DNA of 30,269 nucleotides from an uncultured archaeon. Its GTDB lineage: Archaea > Asgardarchaeota > Thorarchaeia > Thorarchaeales > CAZPUN01. Position 1 is the stretch's first letter. Each line of letters begins with the position of its first letter. The stretch spans positions 1 to 30,269 of the forward strand of contig CAZPUN010000060.1 of the NCBI GenBank assembly GCA_964589775.1, read 5' to 3'. The position numbers were made by a program, and so were the translations under genes. This document shows, piece after piece, positions 1-8,992 of this stretch. Below the pieces are notes generated by a model. The model was not told where the DNA came from. It did no database searches and saw only the letters and a list, made by a program, of their open reading frames with translations.

Positions 1-1
1 G

Positions 2-2677
2 CAGTATGCACTTAAATGGACTAGTCCAATTCTTGCTGGAACTATCAATGGTATTACAATAGGTGACGGTAACGGCGACAGCTGGAATGAATTCTATGTT
101 GCAGCAAAAGGTGGTAACGTTTATGGATTCATTTACGCAAACCAGACATTAGATCAAGGCAAGTTAGAGTATAGTACATTTACGCGTGAGTTCAAGAATG
201 CTGTCCTTTTAACATTCAGTACAGACATAAAATCATGGGATCTAAATAATGATGGAAAGGCTGAAATGGTATTCCTGCTAACTGAGAATGTACTCGCTGT
301 ATATGATTTCGCATCACATGCAATAACAAAATTGTTTACAGCTCCAGACAAAATTACTAATTTTGATGTTGGAGATTATGATTCATACAATTCTGGTATT
401 GCATATACTTATGGGAATCATTTCAGATGGGTTACACTTTCTGGAAATAGCCTTTTGAGCTTTGATTCAGAGCCTGGGGCAAACTTTACGCAAGTCAAAT
501 TGCTACCCATAAATATAGATTCTACGTATAAAGCCGCGCTTTCAATAAACAATGGAACCATTTGTTTAGTTTCTGATACCAATAAATCTGATAATTTCAG
601 CTTTTATACTGCGCCAATTGATATGGACATTGCTATAGATTCAAATAATCATCCATATCTGGGCCTTGCATTATATGCAAATACAACCACTTACAATTTT
701 GTCATTATTGATCTTAACGATCGAAGTCAAACAACTCTGAATTTGATAAGTAAACCGATGAATTTCGTAACTACACCAAAAGGCCATATACTTGCACATG
801 CAGAATTTCCTTCGAGTAATGAAGTACTGTTCTATGTTCCTACGCAAAAGGGTGTGGAAGCCTTTTCTGCAATTAGTCTTAATAGGGTTTGGAACTTTAC
901 CACGACCTTTGATGGAATTTCATATTATCCATTTTCACTTGGAGCGACGGATCTAAATGGTGACAATTACACTGAACTTGTTGCCACACTAAATCACGGC
1001 GTTGTAATTTTCAGCGGTTTAACGGGTGAAATCATAAAATATCGTAAATATAATTATGAATACTGGTTCATCAATCCAACATTTGCAGATGTTAACAAAG
1101 ATGGCAATATGGACATAGTCATGGTTGGCTACGGTGACTATGGTCAAGTTATAGTCTTAGATTCTACTAGTTTAATGCCAATTTCAGTCAGAGGACTTAA
1201 TCATTTCATTATAGATGTTGAAGTATACATGGGTTCTGAAACACCTACAATTGTTGCTCTAGATGAGCATGGTAGTATATGGTTCATGCAATTAGTGGAT
1301 GAACTTCCTGAAATCAATCCAATTTATGACAGAATAACCTATAATGAACGAATTAATATTGCGAACATAAATGATATCTCTACGGCTGATATCACCGGAG
1401 ACTTGTATGACGATATTCTTCTTTATACCGCAGGGGTCAACAAATACTATATTCACATTATAAACGGAAAAACATTATCACATATCAGAATATTAGAAGA
1501 GCCTGCAGCCTTGAAAGATATCAATGGTATTGCAATCAATGGATATGGCAATCCTGGTGCAGTATATTATGTCATACAAGATGGAAACATATATTATCTG
1601 GCTCTATATGACGTTGAAACTGATTCTACACATTACATACGTATGGGAGATCGTGCCTACTTTGGTTCAGTAAAAGGTCTACTTCCAATTGACATAAATG
1701 GCGATGAACATTACGAATGTCTCGTCTGGACTGAGAAGAATATTTCAATATATGATCATTTATCTATTCAATGGTCCCAAGCATTATCAGCAAGTATGCC
1801 CAATACATTCTATGATGTCGAAATAGCAGACCAAAATCTTGATGGAATTGAAGATGTCTATTATGCATTAGATGTCGCATATAATATAACCGTACTTCAA
1901 GGCAGTAATGGAGCTGTTCTGAAAACATATGCGTTTGTAAATATTACATCACACATTCAGGTACTGCTTTATCCTACATTTGCAATCGGCAATATAACGT
2001 TTGATGACTATCCCGACATTATCATTGGTGGCTATGCTCTAATGGACCTTGTTTATACACCATGTCCAGTCACTGTAATTGATGGACGCACATCCACTGA
2101 ACTTTGGGCAAGGTTCCTCAATGATCCCATTCCCGCCTTTACAGGAAAGTTGGTTCTGAGCATTAAAGCGGGTAATTTTGATAAGAATGCTCCCGGCGAT
2201 GAAATTGTCGCATACTATGGATATATTGGCTATGGAATGTTTTATTCTGAAGGTTATACAATTGGGACTCATTTTGTTGCAACAACCCCAGCGCAATCTA
2301 CCAGAATCGGCGAACTAAACTCTATTCCTGAAGTTGGAGAACAAGTAGCTTACAAGCTTGGAAATAATATCTATGCTTTTGATGCTTACCATCCAAATCT
2401 TGCATGGGTTGCAAATTCTCCAGAACCAATTCGTACCTTTACATTCTTAAACACTGATCAAGAACACAACGCTCTTATCATTGTCTCTAACGAGAATATG
2501 TTCATCTATTATGGCTTTGATTTCTATCACTACGGTCCAACACTCCAGAATCAGCCGAGCACATCTACCAAACTAAGTACAAGCTTTGATTATGTCTTAA
2601 TTCTTCCATTTGGTACTATCGCAGTAGCTAGCATATTTGGTATCAGAAGAATCATAAGAAAACGTGAAATTAACTAA
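2..2677 (+). CDS. Membrane-anchored FG-GAP/VCBS (integrin-alpha-like) repeat beta-propeller surface protein, 5'-truncated
   Basis: Frame +2 is open from base 2 (QYALKWTSPILAG...GDGNGDSWNEF...DLNNDGKAEMV), so ATG 266 is internal. Repeated Dx[DN]xDGxxD-like motifs: DGNGDSWNE, DLNNDGKAE, DLNGDNYTE, DVNKDGNMD, DITGDLYDD, DINGDEHYE, DQNLDGIED, NITFDDYPD. It ends with an S/T linker, a TM helix (YVLILPFGTIAVASIFGI) and a basic tail RRIIRKREIN. Confidence 0.85.
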   Translation, partial: QYALKWTSPILAGTINGITIGDGNGDSWNEFYVAAKGGNVYGFIYANQTLDQGKLEYSTFTREFKNAVLLTFSTDIKSWDLNNDGKAEMVFLLTENVLAVYDFASHAITKLFTAPDKITNFDVGDYDSYNSGIAYTYGNHFRWVTLSGNSLLSFDSEPGANFTQVKLLPINIDSTYKAALSINNGTICLVSDTNKSDNFSFYTAPIDMDIAIDSNNHPYLGLALYANTTTYNFVIIDLNDRSQTTLNLISKPMNFVTTPKGHILAHAEFPSSNEVLFYVPTQKGVEAFSAISLNRVWNFTTTFDGISYYPFSLGATDLNGDNYTELVATLNHGVVIFSGLTGEIIKYRKYNYEYWFINPTFADVNKDGNMDIVMVGYGDYGQVIVLDSTSLMPISVRGLNHFIIDVEVYMGSETPTIVALDEHGSIWFMQLVDELPEINPIYDRITYNERINIANINDISTADITGDLYDDILLYTAGVNKYYIHIINGKTLSHIRILEEPAALKDINGIAINGYGNPGAVYYVIQDGNIYYLALYDVETDSTHYIRMGDRAYFGSVKGLLPIDINGDEHYECLVWTEKNISIYDHLSIQWSQALSASMPNTFYDVEIADQNLDGIEDVYYALDVAYNITVLQGSNGAVLKTYAFVNITSHIQVLLYPTFAIGNITFDDYPDIIIGGYALMDLVYTPCPVTVIDGRTSTELWARFLNDPIPAFTGKLVLSIKAGNFDKNAPGDEIVAYYGYIGYGMFYSEGYTIGTHFVATTPAQSTRIGELNSIPEVGEQVAYKLGNNIYAFDAYHPNLAWVANSPEPIRTFTFLNTDQEHNALIIVSNENMFIYYGFDFYHYGPTLQNQPSTSTKLSTSFDYVLILPFGTIAVASIFGIRRIIRKREIN

Positions 2678-2690
2678 TAGTTTCATTCAA

Positions 2691-2718
2691 GACGCTCTTG
2701 CGTCCCTTTTTATTTTTT
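2691..2718 (+). terminator. Short hairpin followed by U-tract terminator
   Basis: GACGC-TCTT-GCGTC (2691-2704), then CCTTTTTATTTTTT, 13 nt after the stop codon. Confidence 0.55.
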
Positions 2719-2911
2719 AACTCGTATTATGACACCATATTTTTGAAGTTCTATTCTAATTAGATTTGGGCGGATATTTTCATTTTTTGAGTAAATTAAT
2801 TGAATAGAATATGTGTAACATAAACATCATTTACAACTAAGAATTAACAAAATAATTAATAAATTGAATTGTATTTCTAAATGACTAGAAATTTGATATA
2901 ATATCAAATAA

Positions 2912-2927
2912 GAAAAAGATTTAAGTT
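2912..2927 (+). promoter_or_regulatory. Putative BRE/TATA promoter of valS
   Basis: Purine-rich GAAAAAGA followed by TTTAAG upstream of valS. SD-like AAGGAG at 2972-2977. Confidence 0.45.
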
Positions 2928-2986
2928 TTGTAATTCTGAAAAAAACTCAAGCATTGCTCGAATTAAATGAAAAGGAGTCCTCTACA

Positions 2987-5395
2987 TTGACAAAGAAGAA
3001 AAGCAAAGAAGACAGAGTATTAAAGATAGAAGAAAAATGGCTAAAGTTTTGGAAAGAGAACAAAATCTACAAGTTTGAATATGATCCAAGCAAAGAAGTC
3101 TATTCAATCGACACACCTCCGCCAACCGTATCTGGTACTATACACATGGGTCATGTCATGCACTATACTCAATTTGAAATGATTGCACGTTATAAGCGCT
3201 TAAGAGGATATAATGTGTTCTTCCCATTCTGTTATGATGATAATGGTCTTCCCACCGAAAAATACGTTGAAGATAAGCTTGGGATTCGTATGCGTGATAT
3301 GAGCCGGGAAGAATTCATGAAATTATGTTATCGTGAAATTGAAATTGCGACAAAAGAATTTGATAAGATCTTTCAGAGATTAGGTCATAGTTACGATTTT
3401 GATATTGCATTTCACACAATTGGTGACCATGCCCAGAGAATCGCACAATTATCCTTTTTAGACCTGTATGAGAAAGGTCAGATTTATCGAGGTAAGAACC
3501 CTACAATCTGGTGTACCTATCATCAAACAGCATTAGCACAGGCAGAGGTGGAAGATTCTACAAAGGAAGGAACACTTCACTACGTTACATTAGACCTTGA
3601 AGATGGTGGAACAATTGAGATTGCTACTACTCGCCCTGAACTATTTCCATCTTGTGTTGCAGTATTTGTAAATCCTGATGATGAACGCTATAAGAAGCTC
3701 GTTGGTAAGAAAGTTAAAATACCTATATTTGGTCAGACTGTTCCTATTATTGCAGATGATGCTGTAGATGCATCTTTTGGAACTGGAGCCGTTATTGTTT
3801 GTACTTTCGGAGACACTCAGGATATTCGATGGTGGAAATCCCACAACTTACCATTAAAGATTTCAATTTCTCCCGACGGTACTATGAATGAGCTTGCTGG
3901 CAAGTATAAAGGTCTTCCTGTTAAGAAGGCACGAAAAGCAATTGCAAAAGATCTGGAAGCCGAAGGTAGAATTAAGAAACTTGAAAAGTTGCAACAAAAT
4001 GTCGGTGTATGTTGGAGATGTGGGACTCCTGTAGAGTTTATTGTTAATGAGCAATGGTTTATCAAAGTGCTTGAACACAAAGATAAAATGTTGGAGCTCG
4101 GAAAGGAACTTAACTGGTATCCGAGCTATTACATACATCGATATGATGATTGGGTAAAAGGACTCAAGTGGGATTGGTGTATTTCTCGTCAGAGATATTT
4201 CGGAATTCCGTTTCCGGTATGGTATTGTGGAGACTGTGGTCATGTGATTCTTGCGGATGAGAAGGACCTTCCTGTAGATCCTCGCTCTCAAGACCCACCA
4301 GTAAAGAAATGTCCGAAATGTGGCTCAACAAACATTGTTCCTGAAATGGACGTTATGGACACTTGGATGACTTCATCTCTTACGCCTCTAATTAATACCA
4401 AATGGAAGACTGATGAAGAATTCTTCAAGAAAATGTATCCAATGACCATGAGACCCAACGGTCATGACATCATACGAACATGGACGTTCTATACAATGCT
4501 TAAGGGATATTTGCATGAAGGTAAGCTGCCTTGGAAAGATGTAATGATCTCCGGTCATACATTGGATCCCAAAGGAAAGAAGCTTTCTAAATCAAAAGGT
4601 AATATTGTTGAACCCTATGGCGTAATTGAAAAATATGGTGCAGATGCTATCAGATTATGGGCAGCAACAGCCAAAGTCGGCGAAGATCTTAGTTACAAAG
4701 AGCAGGAAATCCGTCGTGGCAGAAAGGTTGTCAATAAATTCCTTAACGTTATGAGATTTACCCAGATGAATGTAAAGGATTATGATATTGATTTCACAAA
4801 GGTACCAAACCCCACTTCAATGGACAATAAATGGATACTAGCAAGATTGATGCACATCATAAAAGATGCGACAGAAGCCTGGGATAGCTATAGAATCTCT
4901 GCGGCGCGTAAAGACCTTGAAGTATTCTTCATGGGCGAATTCTGCGATTATTATCTTGAAATGATCAAACCATGGGTTTATGGCGAAGATGAAAAGATGA
5001 AGAAGGAAACATTGCATACTTTGTTGTACGCTTTCTATGCAATCACACGTATGTTCGCACCGTTGATTCCATTCTCTGCTGAAGAAGTTTATCAGACACT
5101 GTTTAAAGACAAAATCGGAATTATCAGCGTGCATCATACCAATTGGCCCAACGTAGAAGATTCCCTTGTAGATGAAGATGCTGAAAAACTCGGAGATTTA
5201 ATCACACAACACATTGGCTTTCTCAGAAAATGGACAAAAGAAAACGAAATCGTCCTTGGTTCTCAGATCGCGCATCTGAAACTATATACTCCACACGAAA
5301 AAGAAATCAAGCCTTATGCTCACATAATCGCTCAAACCATGCGAATTCAGAATATGGAACTTGCACATGGCGAGGCGTTTGATGCCGAGCTTTAA
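2987..5395 (+). CDS. valS: Valine--tRNA ligase, archaeal type
   Basis: DTPPPTVSG, HMGH (HIGH), editing-domain TTRPEL and GTGAV, DWCISRQR, KLSKS (KMSKS), Zn pairs CWRC/CGDC/CPKC. No bacterial C-terminal coiled coil. TTG 2987 is preferred over TTG 2954 because AAGGAG lies 9 nt upstream. Confidence 0.97.
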   Translation: MTKKKSKEDRVLKIEEKWLKFWKENKIYKFEYDPSKEVYSIDTPPPTVSGTIHMGHVMHYTQFEMIARYKRLRGYNVFFPFCYDDNGLPTEKYVEDKLGIRMRDMSREEFMKLCYREIEIATKEFDKIFQRLGHSYDFDIAFHTIGDHAQRIAQLSFLDLYEKGQIYRGKNPTIWCTYHQTALAQAEVEDSTKEGTLHYVTLDLEDGGTIEIATTRPELFPSCVAVFVNPDDERYKKLVGKKVKIPIFGQTVPIIADDAVDASFGTGAVIVCTFGDTQDIRWWKSHNLPLKISISPDGTMNELAGKYKGLPVKKARKAIAKDLEAEGRIKKLEKLQQNVGVCWRCGTPVEFIVNEQWFIKVLEHKDKMLELGKELNWYPSYYIHRYDDWVKGLKWDWCISRQRYFGIPFPVWYCGDCGHVILADEKDLPVDPRSQDPPVKKCPKCGSTNIVPEMDVMDTWMTSSLTPLINTKWKTDEEFFKKMYPMTMRPNGHDIIRTWTFYTMLKGYLHEGKLPWKDVMISGHTLDPKGKKLSKSKGNIVEPYGVIEKYGADAIRLWAATAKVGEDLSYKEQEIRRGRKVVNKFLNVMRFTQMNVKDYDIDFTKVPNPTSMDNKWILARLMHIIKDATEAWDSYRISAARKDLEVFFMGEFCDYYLEMIKPWVYGEDEKMKKETLHTLLYAFYAITRMFAPLIPFSAEEVYQTLFKDKIGIISVHHTNWPNVEDSLVDEDAEKLGDLITQHIGFLRKWTKENEIVLGSQIAHLKLYTPHEKEIKPYAHIIAQTMRIQNMELAHGEAFDAEL

Positions 5396-5440
5396 TTTTT
5401 CCTTTTTTAATCGTTATATTTATCTACTTCTTTTTGTTTA
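5396..5440 (+). terminator. Archaeal-type U-rich terminator after valS
   Basis: TTTTTCCTTTTTT immediately after TAA, with further T tracts downstream. Confidence 0.5.
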
Positions 5441-5472
5441 ATTATTAGTAAAATAGCGAAATTGGTGTTCTC

Positions 5473-6426
5473 ATGCGCATAATAAGTGGTATCTTTAGAG
5501 AGGTCTATTATTATATCTCATTATTCAAGTATGCCTTATCATATCTCACTATTATGATTATAATATTCTTCCTGTTACTTTTATTTGGTGGTATTGAGGT
5601 TTCCATAACCAATTTCGCTCTCTTCTTAGCTCTCGGGTACACTCCAACTAATTTCTTTGATTCTTTGGCAATGATTGTAATGTTTTTTATACAAACATTT
5701 CCATTAATGGCTTTCGTAGAGGCGCGAACTATGGAATATGATGAACGAGCTCGATTAATGGCTCGAAAGATGAATGGACATTTGATTATTGTGGGCTTTG
5801 GCCATCTAGGTACTAAGATTAGTACTTTGCTTTATGACCTGAATATTGCATTTGTAGTCGTTACGCTTCCTAAAGATCGTGAGCACGATAGGGTGCGAAG
5901 GATAATTGAAGAGAACATTCCTGTCATTTTCGGGAATGCTGTAAACGAAAGTGTGCTTTTAGCGGCCGGAATTAAGAATGCGAAATCTATAATTCTTGCA
6001 ATGAACGATGATATGAATAATCCAATAATCGCGGAAAAAGCAAAGAAATTAAATCCCAATATAAAGGTTGTCGCGCGCATATATTCTGACGAAATGGCTC
6101 ATCTTCTACTAAGAAGCAAATATGCTGATGAAGTTCTGAGCACATCGTCTATGTCTGTAGCAAAATACATAATCAGTTCCTATTTTGATATTGCAACGGA
6201 AATCCCACCAACTTTAACGATTAAAATTAGCAAAAGTGATATGTTGGTCGGAACTAGAAGCTCTGAAATTGAAGAAAAGACCGGAATAAAAATTCTCGGT
6301 ATTATCCGAAATGGTGAGTTGCTGAAAACTTATGATCGAATATTGTATGATGATGTCCTGATTATTTTCTGGAGAGATTTGAAGGAATTAAAGAGACTCT
6401 TGGACCTATGCTTGAATCATGATTAA
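5473..6426 (+). CDS. Potassium-channel-like protein: 2 TM + RCK (TrkA-N/TrkA-C) domains
   Basis: Two hydrophobic helices flank a pore-like segment. Rossmann GHLIIVGFGHLG, then GNA...LLAAGI..A, DDMNN and VVAR as in TrkA-N, and a C-terminal ILGIIRNG as in TrkA-C. Confidence 0.85.
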   Translation: MRIISGIFREVYYYISLFKYALSYLTIMIIIFFLLLLFGGIEVSITNFALFLALGYTPTNFFDSLAMIVMFFIQTFPLMAFVEARTMEYDERARLMARKMNGHLIIVGFGHLGTKISTLLYDLNIAFVVVTLPKDREHDRVRRIIEENIPVIFGNAVNESVLLAAGIKNAKSIILAMNDDMNNPIIAEKAKKLNPNIKVVARIYSDEMAHLLLRSKYADEVLSTSSMSVAKYIISSYFDIATEIPPTLTIKISKSDMLVGTRSSEIEEKTGIKILGIIRNGELLKTYDRILYDDVLIIFWRDLKELKRLLDLCLNHD

Positions 6427-6464
6427 TCATTCTCATGATTTAATGCTAAGTTTGGGCTATATAG

Positions 6465-8525
6465 TCAAAGATTAGACAAAATTTGTGCAATAAATAGCAA
6501 GTTATCTGCTGGGCCAAAATGTAGTTGGTGGTTCTTGTATACATATAGTGTAGGCTCATTATGAATGAGATCTAAATTGTACACATAATCCGGAAATATG
6601 TCCTGTTTTGTATCCACCCCTATGTGAATAATTACTGCATTGGGGATGTATTTAGTGTAGAGCATATCCAATATTTTTTGTGTATTTTCATGTTCTCGAT
6701 TATTAACCAAATATATTTCATAATTGTCGTTCAAGATGTATTCAAGTGTGTAGATCAGGCTGATATAGTTCATTGGTTGGTGTATTGCAAGATATGAAAA
6801 ATTGTCTAAAATATCTAATGCCATATCATGATATTTTGTTATGTTCAAAATATGATATAAGCGAATCAGATTTTCCATCATTATAGAGTTCCCGGAAATA
6901 TATTCGGCATCCCTTATGTTCTTTATTCTAGCAAGAATGATCTCTGAGTCATTTGCTGTCTGATAAAAGCCACCCTCTTCAGTATCCCAAAATTCTTCAA
7001 TTGTCTTTTCAGTCAACGTTCTTGCAAGTTCTAAATATTCAATATTGAATGTCGTTTCGTAAAGCTCTATCAGCGCGTAAATAAAATATGCATAGTCTTC
7101 TAAGAATCCTTGTACTATCGGTTTTCCATTATATACATGAAACAGTCGGTTGTCTTCAATTCGTTCAATGATGTATTTAATTGCTCTTTCGGCAGATTCT
7201 AAATAGTCATTATTTCCAAATATCTTTGCTGCTTTCAAAAGCCCAATAACCGCAATACTATTCCAGTCCGTTAGGAATTTCCTATCGACTCTAGGATGTT
7301 TTCGCTTCTCTCGATATTCATATAATTTTTTACTGATCTTCTTTAACTTAATATAAAACTCATCTTCATTCATTCCCATATCTAAAGCGATTTTTTTCAC
7401 GGGTGTCATGAAAAACGGTATCCGTAATGATGATATAACGCCTGAAATATTCTGTCTTGATTCTTTTTTAAGAGCATATACTTGTAATATGAAATCTGCT
7501 TCTTCTTGACTCAGTATTTTACGAATTTCCTCATCTGTCCATGTATAATAATCTTCAACTTTGTATCCACTTTCAGATGCATGAAATCCATTGTCTTCAG
7601 AAATATGTCGTAAGAGATATTCAATTATTTCCTCTGCTACTTCTTTGAACAACGGATCTTTGATGATCTTATACGCTTCTAAATACGTTATCAATAATAA
7701 TCCTTGTTCATATAATAATTTTTCAAGATGAATCCATTTGTCCCTATCTGTTCGGACTTTGAAAAAGCCATATCCTATTTGGTCAAATAAAATACTATAT
7801 CTCATGTTGTATAGCGTATTTCGAACGATCTTCAGTGCATTCATTTCTTTTGTTCTGTATGCAAACCTCATAAGAAATAACAAACAAATTGGTGATAGGA
7901 AAATCGGCTTATCTCTGCTCTTCCATTTGCCTTCCAAATACGTATCAATAATCTGTAAATACGCTAATCGTGCTGTATCCTCGTTGAGCTGTGGTGATTT
8001 TGTCCTCGACATAATCTTAATAGAATTTTCAATACTTTGAGCTATATCTTCAATTTCGTTGCGTCTTTCGTTCCAAGATTTTAATATTCCACTCAAAAGA
8101 TCCTTAAATCCAATCAAACTTTTGGTTTCTCTTGAAAAATAAAAGCTTGTTAAGAATGGTTTTTTATCTGGTGTTGTAAATATTGTAAGAGGCCATTTGC
8201 ATGAACTTCCCAAGAGTTCACAAACCTGCATATAGATATTCGCAATATCTGGTCTTTCTTCTTTATCAACCTTTATACAAACAAAATTGTTATTTAATAT
8301 CTCAATAATATCTTTTTGATTGAATGATTCTATTTCGATCTTTCTACTGTAATAGTCCGAGAAATAGCCAATCGACAGTAATATTGGTTTATCTTCTTCT
8401 TTCGCTTTGTCAAAAGCTTCATCACACCAAGGATACCAATTAATTTGACTATATGCATTATCCCGTAGATATGCACTCTTTTCATTAATTAGCTCATTGG
8501 GTAGGTGCAGTCCATTATTATTCAT
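6465..8525 (-). CDS. YyaL/SSP411 (SPATA20-like) thioredoxin + six-hairpin glycosidase-like protein, motif-degenerate
   Basis: NELINEKSAYL...INWYPW, AKEEDKPILLSIGY, IKVDKEERPDI, WPLTIFTTP, EKLLYEQ, GFLEDYA, FWDTEEGGFY and SGNS all match the family layout and length. Confidence 0.9.
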   Translation of the reverse strand: MNNNGLHLPNELINEKSAYLRDNAYSQINWYPWCDEAFDKAKEEDKPILLSIGYFSDYYSRKIEIESFNQKDIIEILNNNFVCIKVDKEERPDIANIYMQVCELLGSSCKWPLTIFTTPDKKPFLTSFYFSRETKSLIGFKDLLSGILKSWNERRNEIEDIAQSIENSIKIMSRTKSPQLNEDTARLAYLQIIDTYLEGKWKSRDKPIFLSPICLLFLMRFAYRTKEMNALKIVRNTLYNMRYSILFDQIGYGFFKVRTDRDKWIHLEKLLYEQGLLLITYLEAYKIIKDPLFKEVAEEIIEYLLRHISEDNGFHASESGYKVEDYYTWTDEEIRKILSQEEADFILQVYALKKESRQNISGVISSLRIPFFMTPVKKIALDMGMNEDEFYIKLKKISKKLYEYREKRKHPRVDRKFLTDWNSIAVIGLLKAAKIFGNNDYLESAERAIKYIIERIEDNRLFHVYNGKPIVQGFLEDYAYFIYALIELYETTFNIEYLELARTLTEKTIEEFWDTEEGGFYQTANDSEIILARIKNIRDAEYISGNSIMMENLIRLYHILNITKYHDMALDILDNFSYLAIHQPMNYISLIYTLEYILNDNYEIYLVNNREHENTQKILDMLYTKYIPNAVIIHIGVDTKQDIFPDYVYNLDLIHNEPTLYVYKNHQLHFGPADNLLFIAQILSNL

Positions 8526-8931
8526 TTAACACATATCCCTAATTTTAATAAGAAATCCCGCTAATTCAATTTTGGCTATTTCTTATATATTTTTTATTAT
8601 TTCTTCCAATGTCATAAATATTTTTTGCACATATTAAATTATATTTAAATATGTCTTTCTGATTTTTACATCAATATTATAATTATATCCTCAAGTTTAT
8701 ATATTTTTCTCATGAGTACATTTTTTCAAAAATAAGTAAGAATCAATTTCATGTATAATAAAAATTTTAATTTTAGAATATAAAAATTAATGAAAATTAT
8801 AATATTAGTTATATAATGTATGGATTGTCGTATAATTTCTCAAGATCAAGATATTTTTGAAAATATATGCAATTGATTTCACAGTAATACCAATTTTTAT
8901 GTCATTTTATACATTAGCTTACAAATTTTTT

Positions 8932-8946
8932 GAAAAACCTTAAATA
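8932..8946 (+). promoter_or_regulatory. Putative BRE/TATA promoter of the surface protein gene
   Basis: GAAAAAC-CTTAAATA about 45 nt upstream of ATG 8993. SD-like AGGTGGT at 8983-8989. Confidence 0.45.
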
Positions 8947-8992
8947 GACTTACGAGAATATTATCTGGATAGGCTGTGTGGTAGGTGGTTTT

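Noticed and set aside
6411-6445. Overlapping short palindromes AATCATGATT/ATGATTAATCAT at the end of the channel gene
   Set aside because: They are short, AT-rich and overlap a stop codon between convergent genes, so cannot be distinguished from chance or a weak terminator.
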